Source of the DNA: Tubiluchus corallicola
Lineage: Eukaryota; Animalia; Priapulida
DNA: 64,000 bases
Reading direction: 5' to 3'
Assembly: GCA_030141605.1 (NCBI GenBank)
Contig: JAQGDQ010000264.1
Location: forward strand, 248,001 to 312,000
This document shows positions 1 to 13,770 of the stretch, one piece after another. The notes under the pieces are model-generated. The model saw nothing but the letters and a program-made list of their open reading frames with translations, was not told the origin of the DNA and did not search any database. Each line of letters begins with the position of its first letter. The stretch's first letter is position 1. The translations under genes were made by a program, and so were the position numbers.

Positions 1-52
1 TATTATGATATTATGGTAACGAAGCACAATATTATAGCTATCGAGAAAACAG

Positions 53-453
53 TATGGGTGAGCATTCTCTACCGGAAGGCGAATTCGAATCGAATCAAAA
101 TTGTGACTTTCAAATTCGAATCGAACCGAATTTCGGTATTTCGAATCCGAATCGGAATCGAATTCAAATTGACTTTGAAAGATTTTCGAACCACTAGTAA
201 AAAGTGGTCTTACAAATATCATGCATACTACAAGATTTTGTTCAGCAGTAAAACTACTATTAGTTTGTTAAAAATTTTGCACAGAAACTGCAGCTAAATT
301 CTTCTAATTTTATGTTGTTTCAAACACTTTAATGATAAGAACATAATGTGGCAGAAGTGCTGAATTATTCGAATATATAATTTTAGGTTCAAATCGAATT
401 GGAGCTACTCGTTCGAATTCGAATTCGATTCGAACGTTCGATGCTCACCCCTA
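53..453. mobile_element. Non-autonomous hAT-type MITE
   Basis: TIRs TATGGGTGAGCAT / ATGCTCACCCCTA; perfect 8-bp TSD GAAAACAG (45-52 and 454-461); subterminal arrays of CGAAT/TTCGAA motifs. Confidence 0.85.
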
Positions 454-3400
454 GAAAACAGTTCGACGTCAAAAATACTTATCAATTTTAAGCAATCAAA
501 GAAGTGGAAAGGATAATTACCAATTTTAAGCAGTAAAATATTTTTGAACGTGGAAACTATTTCACTTTAGCACTAAACGTTAATTCAAAGAAATTAATCC
601 AGAGAAAAAAGTAAATGTTAAGAATTTTTAAAATTGTAAAGTATGATAAAAAATATAATTGCATTTTATGTGCTTTGCAACTTTTTACCAAAATTGTTTC
701 CTTAGCGGTTTAGGTGTATGTGGGATGGGGCAATGATGCTCTGAAGCCTATAGCAAACTTGTGGCAGGCTAGAAGATGACAGCAGGTGCCGCTGTTCACT
801 TGATGCCTTTTTGGCTGTACATTGAACTAAGTTCATTGATTTTTTTACATATTTCAAATGACAAACTAAACACATTAGATATGCTGTTATGGGCGAATGT
901 TAATAATAGTGAAATCATTGCAAAATGTAAGAGAAGCTTCAAGAAAGAATGGCACTAAAAATTGACACTACGTGGACAGTCGTGCATGTCTGATTCCTGT
1001 ACCTATAAACTCAGCACCAGTTACCTCGATTAACACAGACCAAGGACTAAGTTAGTATTATTGTGTACTGAACTTGATTCATCTTGATTATGAAAACATG
1101 AAGAAAGCTGAGAAAATGCACAATCAAATCGCTTCGTGGGTGACTATTCATGTTGAGGCCTTGAGATCCTTGGTGATTCAGATAATTCAGTAAGCCCGAT
1201 CGACCATAGACCATACTGACTTACATAAATAAAACTGTTAATTATAAGGGTATCGAACTGACGACTTTCTTCTCAACAACTTTTTGTTTAAGTTTTCGAA
1301 GTTCACGCATTCATGCTCAATAATTTTCACTTTTTTGAGTCAAGATGATAATGATACAGTATCTCCTGGTGTCTATGTAAGACAGGCGAACATCTTAACT
1401 GGTGAGCAATAATTAGATAAAAAGTAGCGTTAACGTACACGTAATAAATAACATTTAGTTTTACAAGAAACACTGCTGTACCGGACGCTTAGGCTAAATC
1501 TAGTTGCTTGTATGACTAAATTTCTGAGCCAAGGATGCTGAAATTTCTTTCTATTATATGTAGGTTTACGTAAGATGCGTGAAAAATTAATATTGTTTAG
1601 CAAATTGTTGTGGTATTTTAATTTTATTTATGTGTTACCATTTACAAAAACACAGTAATTCAGTTTTTTTAACTGTACTGCGTTTGTTTGAATAAACTTA
1701 CTTACTATTTTATTAATTGATAAGCATATTGCCAGAAAATTGATGTTTTAGCGTCCCTACGAAATAAAACTTTCCGAACTTGGGATCCTGCTCAAAGTCA
1801 TGTTCATTGATTATCGCAATTAAGAGATCACATCATTCACATGTTTCGAAGTAATTAAACAGTTCGTAAACAAATTTAATTGTTGACCTTACTGGGTCTT
1901 GTTAAGTGACGGGCGTAACTACCATTACATAGGCCTACGCCCTACATTACACGTGAAGTTAAAATATTGCGTAAGTTCTAACAGTTCACATGATTCAATA
2001 CTGACCAGTTTACTGTTTTTTCACATTTTATTTATTGATGTTTTTCTTCTAGCTCTATAGCTGGACTCTTAAGGTAACCAACTTTTATTGTCCACTACAA
2101 ATTTTTTATAAAGACCTTTCAGCACATTTCGCCACTTTTAAAAATAAAATAATAAAATTGTACAAAGTTATACTTGTTTCTAGAAAGACGATTTATAAAT
2201 TTACATTTTACAATAATTAATTCAAATTAAGTTTATATGGTCTCTTGCGTAGTAAGACAAAGCACTGACCAGATACATGTACTTTGAAAAGCTATATAGA
2301 AAGACTGGGAGACGAGAGGCCTTAGGGCGTTGTCAGCCACCCCAATCTATTTGGAAGTATAACTTAATTACAGAGATGCGGTGAATGAAGTAATGTACGG
2401 CTGATGAAGGAAATAATAATATAACAATGTGAGCAAAATAAATGATAACATACGATAAAGTAACAAATCAATGTTGAAGAAAATACCACAACTGTCGAGC
2501 CTTTACAACAATGTGGTTGATATATTTCAATGAGATTCTCAATATACGTAAGAAGAAACGAAAAAAAATACATTCGACTGAAATATCAAGGAAGACTATA
2601 TAATGAGTGCGGAGAAAGAAGAATTTGATAGGGAATGGCTGAGCGGCCGAGTTTTGAAACCGAAACCTTCTACAGATTCAATCAATGAGAAAGTACGGGT
2701 TGATGGCCTGAAGGCTTGACAGACTGCCCTATTATGGTGAGAATTCGACTGACTGCAAAAGGTTGAACTCGGGTTGCTTAAAAAGGTTTAGAGAATGTGT
2801 ATTTTTATAAGTTTTCTAACTTCTGTGATTGATAAAGAATTTTCGTCACCTCTGTAGCTTTGGTTCTGTTTATTTTTTATTTTCTGTGAAACATACGTCT
2901 TAGCTACATCGCTTGTTTTGAGTCATGCCAAAACGTAACCTTTAATGTACATTTTATATTATCTATGTGTACAAACTGTACATCTCTGTTCTGTGCTGCC
3001 TCTAGCCGTAGCCAAGGCAACAAAAACGGGATTCGAGATTAAAACCATGGGACGTACCAACTTCCAGTAAATTAAAGTACCATACAGATGACTAAGTAAG
3101 CGTAAGTCAACAAACGCCTGCAGGTAGGGCGAGTGAAGGAAACACTGTGAATAATGGCTACCGACAAGAGAACTTTCGATTTCTGCCAGCAGTGCGTCCA
3201 AGTTCAAACTTTCAAACAGCAATACGCATAGTTAATAAATACTTACTAGCTATTGCTAAAGTTGTGTAAATAGGATTACACGCTGCATACAGGCTGTTAA
3301 CATTTAACAATTTTTACATTCTTTCACGCCCACAATACTACTTTTAAAGAGCCTTTTAATGCAAATCAATAAACTGCTAACATTCATTCACTAATAGTTA

Positions 3401-3532
3401 CACCAATGCAAAAGTTTGATTATTAAAACTATACATATACGTCGAACTTAAGCTGTAATTCCTATTTTTTAAACCATTATGTTTTAAATTTCAAACGTTA
3501 TTGTAACGATAGCAATAACGACGGCTGAGCGG

Positions 3533-3582
3533 TCAAAGTTAAGCAACCGTGAGACCAGATTCGTGAATGGATGAGTAACTCC
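3533..3582 (+). pseudogene. Degenerate 5S rRNA-like fragment, probably the head of an old SINE
   Basis: AAAGTTAAGCAACCGTGAGACCAGATTCGTGAATGGATGAGTAACT aligns by eye to 5S box A to box C (GAAGTTAAGCAACGTAGAGCCTGGTTAGTACTTGGATGGGTGACC) as seen at 51073 and 60137. Confidence 0.45.
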
Positions 3583-6500
3583 CTGCTATAAGGAATATCG
3601 GCTATACTGCTTCTGGTTATTTATGTTGCTAATCATTACAATGAGCTATCATCCGGTCTTGCCACAACTGATGCACGAAGTATACCCTGTCGTTGAGTGG
3701 GATATCACGTCTGAGCGCTGCATGTCACATACGAGATCATGAACATCAGACTAATAATGTCATGTTTTTGCCTCTGTCACTCCTATGTCTGACAGGAGGA
3801 ATTAAATTACAAATTTTCACAAGTTTTAGTTTATAAACGATTTAATTCACTGCTACTTTAATTGCTAAATAGATAAATCTTTCCCATAATAGTGCCACTT
3901 ACATGGACATTTCAATAAACTGATAAAAAACAGAACTTCGTGTGTGATGAAAATCACAAAATTTATTCTAATAACTTAGTCACGGAAGATGACTAATGTG
4001 CTCAACTTCTGTAAACTCAGTAACTAAGCAACTTTAGGAGTTTTTTGAACTGAAATAATGAAAGATTTTTATCGACGGATTTGATTTGGTAGCCTCACAC
4101 TTGCATGAGATCCGACTATAAAATCACACAGCTTTCAAGACATTCAAGTAATGCTATGATGTAAAATGGACTCCGCACAAGGAACAGAAAAGGCGTATTG
4201 TTGCTAAATAGGTTGCGGCCTCTTCCTCCTCTTCCTGCTTCTCCTCTTGACAACGTGTTTTATGGAGGTAGATACATTGTCAAAATACCGCCCCGCAAAT
4301 GATTTACATTTATATGTGTGCTAACTCTTTTTGCTTTATTAATTCTATACGAAAGCGTATGATAGTAGGTTAAAGAAGCTGTAATTCCCACAACAATGGT
4401 TAATCATATTTTAAATGAACCTCGCAGATAATTTCTGACAAATTCGTGTGATAACTAGTTTGGTAAGACTTAAACAGTCAAGAATTTTCTCTGAAAACTC
4501 AGGAAAATGCACATTGTGATCGCACACGAACTCTGTGAGAGAAAGAGAAAGTTATTATTTAGTAGTTACGGTTCTAAACTTTCTCACTGACGAGCCACTG
4601 TAGTTTCATGTAATGTTATAGTTACCATTGCTTGACATTATGCCAAAAACATACACTCGATAACAGTTGGGAAAAATTTAAAAGAAGTTTTATAAGAAAA
4701 AAATTTCAACGAATTTAAAATAATAGATTACCTAATAGATTAATTTTTGTTTTTTTTTGCTCTTCACGTGAATAAAAACGTTTTAGATTGTGAAAAGAAA
4801 GGAAGATATCAAATAATATTGTCAGCAATGGCCGCAAAACATTATAAGCTGTATTTTCAATGCATTATAAACCGAAAACTAATAATTTCACAATTAATGC
4901 CTCGAGATAACATTATGTTATGTTGTAACACCATCTGTTCGCTTTTTCTTCAACTAAAAAAATGATTCATTGTTCAGCTTGCTCTTATCCAAATATTTCT
5001 GCTTATAAGGCTACGATATAGCCGTATATTAAACACACTCGCACCTGCCAAACGCAGAAGCATGTTTTACTTCATACACGGTCGATTTAAAAAAATCGAT
5101 TTTAAAGTCGACGTTTTAAAATGGCCTTTTAAAGACAAAACCACGTTTCACTTGCTACTGATGTTATATCACAGTGAGCTTGGTGATGTTAGCAATAAAT
5201 AAAAAGTTGCTTTTACTTTCTTGCCGGTGCTTAGTTATTCAGTTATTTTGAAATTCCATACCTAATCTACAAAAAAGCAAACGTACACCTAACTCGGTGT
5301 AGTAAACTCAAAAAGTGCAGTCGATGTGCTTGTATTATCCCAAGAAATGATACTAAAAACATATATAAAAGCACCAATATAAATTTTTATGATTAAAATA
5401 TTAATTTGATTACAGTTTGAAGACAACAACATAATTCGTACCTGTTGATTGTCATATCTTCGTTAATGTAATCAAGCATTAAATAACGTACACGCTCAGG
5501 CAACGAAAACGCAATAAAAAATTGTCGGAGATTCAAACTTAACGTCTCACTGTCTTAATTCTTCTTCTTTAAAATCAAAAGAGACTCGGCTGCTACCATC
5601 ACAATGCAGTCTACACTAAATGAAAGCAGAAATTCAAGGTAAACCTAACATAGTGAAAGCTCAGGCAGAAGTGAGTAATAATATAGGGCAATGCCTCGTG
5701 AAAGACAAGCTGTGGCAACCATAGGTGTTACAGATCACCGGTGCGGGACGGTGCACCCCTGGTCAAAGTACTTCTAGAAAAAAATGCGCGATTACTGCAA
5801 TTAGTGTTATAATTTCTCTAGATAGGACCAATTTTAACACAAATTTAATGCCTTTCGATCAAAATATAATGGGGCAAATCTAGAAGGAATTTTGAAATTT
5901 GGGGGAATCTCTGGCTCGCACCCCAAGAGAGTGGTTCAATAGTCTGTCTTTAAGCCCGCGGGCGTAGTTACCTTTTAAGTGGAAATGGTAGCCAGAGCAC
6001 AAAAAGGGTGGAGGTTATTGAATTTTAAAATTTTCTTGAAATTCGGTCATATTGTTATTTCACGGGTTAAACCATTACCCAAAGTTACAGTAAAAAATTA
6101 AAGAAATTAAAATTGAAAGCTTATGCTTTATATTTTTGATGCTTTGATAAACTTCAAACTAATGTTCGAGCAAAGATAAAGTAAAAGGGAAATTTCATTT
6201 AAATGTTGTTTCTATTGGAATTATTTGAGTCCATTTCTTGGTCTAGGTGACACTTTAATTACTGAAAACTATTCACGCCTATCACAAATGTGATGTGTTA
6301 AAAGAATCGTTTATACTACGTATCATTAGAACAGACATACATAAATTTAAAATGTCGTACCTGATTTTTAATTTAGTTCATGTAGTGAAATACGATTCCT
6401 GTTCCTACTCGAAGAATTTATATAATAACTATTAAAATTGCGTACAACGTATAACAGTCGGAGCCTTAAACGTACAAACTCTATAAATGCTAAGGCCAAT

Positions 6501-9500
6501 ACACACACGTTTATCCGCTTGCTAAAAAATTATAATGTGCAAAATTTACTGCAAGCTAATCACTCTGTATCGAAGCCTGTATTTTACGAAAACGGCACAT
6601 GGCACACACTGGCGTTTTAATACCCGCATGGCTAGTTTGGTTAAGGTCATACAATTCACTTGACCCGATGACCATTAATAACTATTTTCCAGTTACGTAA
6701 GCTAGATAATACCACCGCAATTATTGAAATTTTGCTCTTTTGAAAACAAAACAAACACCTACACCAGCAAATACTATTGTTTACACATTGCGAATCGTTT
6801 AATGAATACGGCTAACAGTGTAGTTAGTTGGCCTCTAATCAACGTACTTAAAAGCTTAATTACTAATACTAGTGTCATGAACGCTTATAGGACTATTTTA
6901 GCAGGTTATTTTCTAAACTCAATCAGTAGTTCAACTGTTTGCCAAAACCGCGTGAACTTTGGGTAAAGTTTAAACAATTCTTAGCAAAGTTTGCACGAAC
7001 TTTCTATTATGCACGAACTCAAACAAGCAGACCGCTTTTCGCTTTTCGTTTTAAGTGAACTGTGTTGATTAATTAGTGCATCTGCCCCGACGTCTCCTCA
7101 AATACTTGGGTATATTAAAATACTCTGTGTGTGGCAGCTTAAGAAGATATTTCGAGAATTGGTGCAATGAATGATAGACTGTGCCAGGTTACCCTCTAGG
7201 CTGCAGCCTAGCCCCCTCATGCTTGGGGGCCTCCAAGCTTTGGTAACATTTGATATAAAATCTGTTTTTCCACTACGGTTGTATTGAAATATATACTAAT
7301 ATAATTTGAATAAATAGAAAAGTAAAATAGTGGTGTTTTTTTAAAGAATATTTTTATTGACCAACAAAAGACCGATTCTAATTTAAGATAAATAAAGAAT
7401 TTGCAATAAGTTTACTTCAAGCTATGCAAGTGTCGCTAAAATATATCAAGAGTAAAAAATATTCAAGACGGGTACGGGCTAGTTAGAGGGTGGCTTCGAC
7501 TGAAAGGTCCATAATTTCATTAGCCTAAGTGACTCCAAAAGGTCATAATCCAGCATTCTTGATAGATCAGGCATCACATGCCCCAGCCTTTCATTTGATA
7601 TTAACTAATTCAACAACAATAGTTATATTTAGCGAATTGTTATTCAACGCATGTCTTGTACAGCATGGTTTTGAAAAAGTAAAGTTTGATGTGCACCGTA
7701 GATATCATCAACGCATTTTAATGACTGGAACATTTTTCATACCTCGAAAAGCATTAAAAGACACATCTAACGTATTTCAACTTTATTGTTCTCTGTAATT
7801 TCGTCGTTTGGGGCTAGCTGAGCCTCACCAAGAAACTCCAAAAGTAGTTTAGTTTAAATTATGCAAGTGAGCAACGCTATAATCTACGTTTGAAAATCTA
7901 CTATTTGAAGGCAACAGTAGATACATGTAGATGTTGAAGAAAAGTAAATGATAATCAGCAAGACCTTCAAAGCAAAAATGTTTCTTGTCTCATATGAATG
8001 TTCCTATTTAAGCTGTAAGCTAATGGGAGAATGCAGTATTTTGTTTAATTTTGAAGATCTCAGAACGCACGTCAATTATGGCTGGATAGTTTCAAGTGCA
8101 CAAGCAATTGTTTATATTGTATTGGACACAATACACAGAAATGAAAGCTAGAGAAACGGCTGACATTATGTGTCACTTTTGTGTTAATGGGTAATGGTCC
8201 AGCTTATTCAATTCTTTTTAATTATTCTTAGTTTGTTAGGTATAATGTAGCTAAAAACTGGCATACCAGAAGCTATTTAAGTCGCTATTAGTTGTCACAT
8301 ACTGGCCAAAAAAATCTTACTCCCATTAAATAGTGATTAATATGTTAAGGTGAAAACTTGCCAGGGAAAAGAGCTCATCTATTTCCGCCATTATAAATCA
8401 GTTTTGTTACGCGGTATTTATTTTAATCATGTGTATACCTGCTAATGAAATACATGTTAATTTTTTGTTCGTATGATAACAAGGTAACAGTACTTATATA
8501 ATACGTACGCAGTGTCTACATACAAAACATAAGCTTAGATTGTTATGTTGAACATTTTTGTTATTGTATTATTGATAATCAACTATAACTAACAACAATT
8601 AAATGTTTCCTGTATCAGCTTCCCGCTGATTTATTCAAGGATTTATTTTGACATTTCATGCAAGAAAAACGATGCTTATTATGTTCTTAAACTAATAAAA
8701 TGAAGTGATAACAGCTAGGCCTATAAACCCCGTGTCGATTTAATTCAAGGTTACATTCCAACTGCAAAGTTATAAAAGTGCGATAATAAACGTAATTTGA
8801 TCTTTATAGTTAAAATGAATTAACCTCGTAATTAAAACAACGTGAACGGCATTTATTAATGTAATTAAAACGTTACTGTTCAAAAAGTTTTATATCTGTT
8901 AAGTATTAAAACTGTTGATAATATTTGACTCGCGTACAAATCGAATCTGTCTTGGACTGTCCACAACGTCCGGAGGTAAGTCATCTTGTCACAACAGCCG
9001 GCTGAAGAAAGACAATACCACGCAACAAACGATTCGTATTACCCTAATACTATATGGCGATGGTGCGAATCTTTGGCTTTTCGAGATTAGCCATTTTCAA
9101 ATTATCATGTGTAGGAGAACACTTTTGGCCTTAATGGTCCGAGCTTTTTTCAATTTTTTTCTAAATTCAAATCTGTGACGCAGAATTAACTTCAAGCATT
9201 CAGTAAAAAGAAGTACTGTCATTGCAACTTGCATAAAAAATAGTTTGAAAATTTAAAATGATTTAGCTTATTCGTCTTTATATAAATCCTACTACTGCCA
9301 TCTAGTAATTATTCCAAGAACTACTCTTGCGTACGCATTAAGCCTTTTAGAGCTGAGTAGTACAGCATAATGAACACTGCCCATTTGCATGTAATACAGA
9401 GGCCTGCTTCTCCTCTAAAATTAGCAAAATCCAGTTTAAAAAATAATAAAAAAGTAAAGGCATTGATAGCTTGCCATTATAGTTATTGAAGACTTACGAA

Positions 9501-12500
9501 TTGGTCTTTCCGTTAAGAATTTGTCAAGAATTGGAATAAAATTACTGAATTAAATAAACAGGGGCTGAAAACGACTGACGGGAACGTTGGGTACCTATTG
9601 TATTGAAAGTCATTACAAAATAAACACGAATTACGGGCTGATTATTGCAAGCTGGCAAGACTTAAGCTAGTAGTCACTGTGAATTATGAATTAAAACATT
9701 AAAACACGTGCCTAAATGTCGACCAATGTACGATTATTTGAAATAAGACGGTTTCTGAAAACTTACAAGGTGCCAATTGTGTAAATGAGTAAGATTATCA
9801 GGCTTAATTAAGATATCACTTTCGCCCAGCATGGCAGTGATTGAATGTCACGACGCCTCACTTGTGAATGGTATTAAAACGCAATATGTGGGACAGCAAG
9901 ATAGTCTCACACGTTGCGATCTAAACAGTTTTCTTATAAACCCAGTGATAACGGTTCATAGGTCTACTTTTAGTTGTTTTACAGTTTTAGACCCTGGTTT
10001 TATGCACTGTAAGATGATCAGCGTATCTCTAACATAGGACCCCTTGACCTGGTGCTTCCCTCTAAAGAGCTGCTTGGACCTGTTCGAAGTGAAATACTTG
10101 CTAACGTAGACAAACACCTATTTATTCTCGACTATGAATCTATTCGCAGGAAAAACTAGCAAAATCTCTTAATTACAGCAACATACTAGGCTGTAATTGT
10201 ATGCTTCCCGGTTCACTAACATGAGATACACAGATTATTCTCCCTCATTTGTACAATAATAGAAAATCAGTTTTATGCCTAATCGGATTTGCTATTGTAA
10301 CACGAAGCACGTGCTATTAGATCGAAGTGCGGTTAAATTTAATTTCCGTCTGCTACTGTGTTATAATTAAGCTTTTTTATGAATGAACTGTCGAGATTAA
10401 GAAATAAGTGAGGATAATTGAAAAAGCTTTGGAGAAAACGTAAAGGGTTAAATAACGAGCGAGTGGCGATCCTAATAGCGAATTCGTTGTTAGTCCCATA
10501 TAAGAATAAATTTAACAAGCTCATAAAATCAATAAGAGTTGACATATCCTCATTTTAATTTTAAAAAGGCTTGGATGAAAATTGTTTAATAGTTGGTATC
10601 ATAAAGCACGTAGTTTGATTTTGTTTTATTATAACTTTAGACAGCTGATGAAAAGCCTGTTGATGCTGCTCAAACACTTTCACATTGCAATTAAAATCAC
10701 ATTGCAAAATGCCAGAGTTCAATAACTGAAGTATTCTGATTCATGACAAAAAGAATAATATAAACAAATCGTCAAAACGCAACTTCCAGATTTAATAAAA
10801 CAAAATTACTTAATCATGATTTGTCTACGTTGCTTAGTTAGCTGTCTTACAACTAATTATCAATTTGTTACTTTGACAACCATGTTACGTATATACCCAC
10901 ACTCTACACACATGTAAATTAGATGCATTTGTGCAACACTTATAACTTGTAAAGAGTGTGAAAAGAGGCAGAACCCTGTTTGTGTTATACATGAAGTTGA
11001 AGCAAAACTTACAATACACTGCCCCGTTTAATTTCACCCCAAAAGTCAAATGCAAATAATTTAACTGTGTGAGTAAATGCCGGAATTTAAATAGATTTGA
11101 CTCAATACAAAATCCGAGGCTTAATTTATGATGTATTTTATTGGCGTAATTTAATTATGCAATGATTTGATTGTAACTGCTGTACGGAAATATAAATTGT
11201 TTGAAATATGGCATACTTTCAAAATTCTTTTTATCAGTGTAGTTGAAAGATTATCTGTGATAAGTAGTAGGTCTATACACTTTATCAACACTTAATTATA
11301 TTGCAGTTGCAATTTTTCACTAGTAAGAATTTCATTTTGTTAATGAAATTAGATCGTGCGTCTGAGTGACAACTGCTAAGCCAGGCTATGTTCGCAGATC
11401 TACGTGCCCTAATTTCATCACTTATTTCAAGTTCATAGTAACTCTCTTTTACAAAGACTACAGGCTACAGAGCTTTATACTTGAAGGGCTAAACACGTTA
11501 ACAATCATATGTAGATGGACAGTTTGTGATTGTATCTAGCGGTGTCAAAATGCACTCTGAACTGTTAACTTAATGCACATAATAGAAAAGGTGCTAGTCG
11601 ATGTAGCTTTGCGGTGTCTATACACAAAGATGTCTTTCTTTGCAGGTAAGAATGAGCGGTACTGGTGCAAAAAAAGTCGAAATACAACAAAAACTTCCTC
11701 TTTTGTCATAAAGAATACGCTCTTAATATTGAAGTCGACGAAGTCAAAATTTAGTCCTCTAAATTAGCATAATTATATTACAAAAATCATGTCAACCATT
11801 TATTTGTAGACACGTATTGTTTCTTCCACGCTAAATATTATTGAATTTCTTATAAACTTATTTATTATTAATATAGTATTATGAATTTATGATAGAGCTA
11901 AGAACAGTAATTCGAAAGAAAGAATGCCAAAGAACGAAAGTGAAGTCCCAAAAGACTATACTTAACCCGGTGAAATCTCCCGTTTTTACAATTTTTGCAA
12001 AGCAGTTATTATAAGTAACGATAGTTATTAGACTATCGGCAAAATTAGTATTACACGATACGCGTGATTATTTTTAAAAGTATTCTTAACAATTTCATCT
12101 TAAAGGAAGACAGGATGATTTTTCATATACTACCCCATTTTCAAGTCTGATAAAAAGTATACATCTTAACACAATTAATATTGTAAAAGCGTTTCTGATA
12201 ATTAAATAATAGTTTAAAAATGGGTGAGCTAGCCCAACTATTGATGACATCACAAACTAACATAATTTTCAACAGCAAAAATATTCCACGATCGTGTTCC
12301 ACGATAAAAGTGGAAATTGAAGTGCGGTGCTACTATAAGATTTTTAGTGTGTTGTACTAAAACTTTTTTGTGCAATGCGTTACCGAAATGCAGGCGCCAG
12401 TGCCCGTTTAACTAACAAATGGCAAAATGCATGTAACAGCGAAGAACTAGTGGTGCGAACGCGAAATTGTGTTTGGGTGGTAATAATTTTACGTGAGTCA

Positions 12501-12850
12501 TTTTTGAAAAAATAGTACGTTTCCTTTCAACATTTTAAAGAGTAGATTGTTTTGACCTACAGTTTAAGATTGGATCCGGTTTTACTTTAAGTCAGCCAGG
12601 ATTATGCTGTTCATTGCTCAAAGCCTTTTCCTAAAACGAATCAGCCTGGGATTACATGTTATGATTATAAACTTACTAGATTAAATAAAAAGCTCGAACA
12701 ACGTTCATTGCATTTTAAAATACAATTAAAAATATTGGAATCACCACACAATATACGTACAGAGTGCTTTGCTTAAAATGCAAACGAAATTTAAAATCAA
12801 ACTTATTTCCCGCCAAACCAACCACTCAGTGGCATATTTAAAAAAATCGA

Positions 12851-13002
12851 CGCAAGCTGGTGGACAGCCTGAACGCCGTGAAGAGGCTCGCAAGCTGGTG
12901 GTCAGCCTGAACGCCGTGAAGAGGCTCGCAAGCTGGTGGTCAGCCTGAACGCCGTGAAGAGGCTCGCAAGCTGGTGGACAGCCTGAACGCCGTGAAGAGG
13001 CT
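12851..13002. repeat. GC-rich 38-bp tandem repeat x4
   Basis: Unit CGCAAGCTGGTGG(A/T)CAGCCTGAACGCCGTGAAGAGGCT, head to tail, no spacers. Confidence 0.95.
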
Positions 13003-13690
13003 CGTAGCAAAACTTAATGTAGTTCACTCAAAAGTTCCGCTATTCTAGCGTTGTGGTTCAGCTGTGTTTATATAAAAATTATTTATCGGGCTTAACTTTC
13101 TAATATATTTCTCAAATATTAAAATAATCCGAGAGCCTTGTCTTTTCCTTTAACTATAATGGAAACGTAGAAAACAAGGCCTAAGGAAATATGGCAACTA
13201 CAGGGCAGTTCAAAGCAAAAGCTTGGGCACCACAAATATATTATGACAAAAGTGTTGATTTGCATTGCAATGTGTTTGTATTAAGTTTACGGTGCCAAAG
13301 ATTTTTTATTGACGGGTCCACACAATTTCAAAGTACAAAAAAACATTTTGCAAATAAAAAAACCTGACTGAATAAAATCCCCAGCGTTTCAACGCACACT
13401 TAATTTCTGTGCCTCAATATTATTATTTTTATAATAGCTAAAGAATGAGCGGAATGTCATGGCCGAGCCTTAGTTTCAGGAAAATACACAATATCAGATT
13501 GTAATCATTTACGTAAATGCCGGTCGTTGTACTAATTGTAACTTTCTTTGCGTGAACAGCGTAACAAAGCTTCATCGTGCGGCAGTAAAACTAAACCAAG
13601 TGAACAAAATTGTGCTAAGCAACAGTGTTACTATCACTCTGTACCTAGTTTTATTATTTAGTATGTATACTGATATAATAGAGTTATGAG

Positions 13691-13770
13691 CGTCATCATC
13701 AGCATCAGCATCATCATCGTCGTCGTCATCGTCGTTGTTGTCGTCGTCGTCGTTATCATCATTATTATTG
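13691..13770. repeat. Degenerate (ATC/GTC)n microsatellite
   Basis: Trinucleotide run; explains ORF 13686-13871. Confidence 0.85.

Noticed and set aside
12851-13002. CRISPR-like 38-bp repeats
   Set aside because: No spacers, no cas genes, eukaryotic context. The same applies to the other minisatellites.
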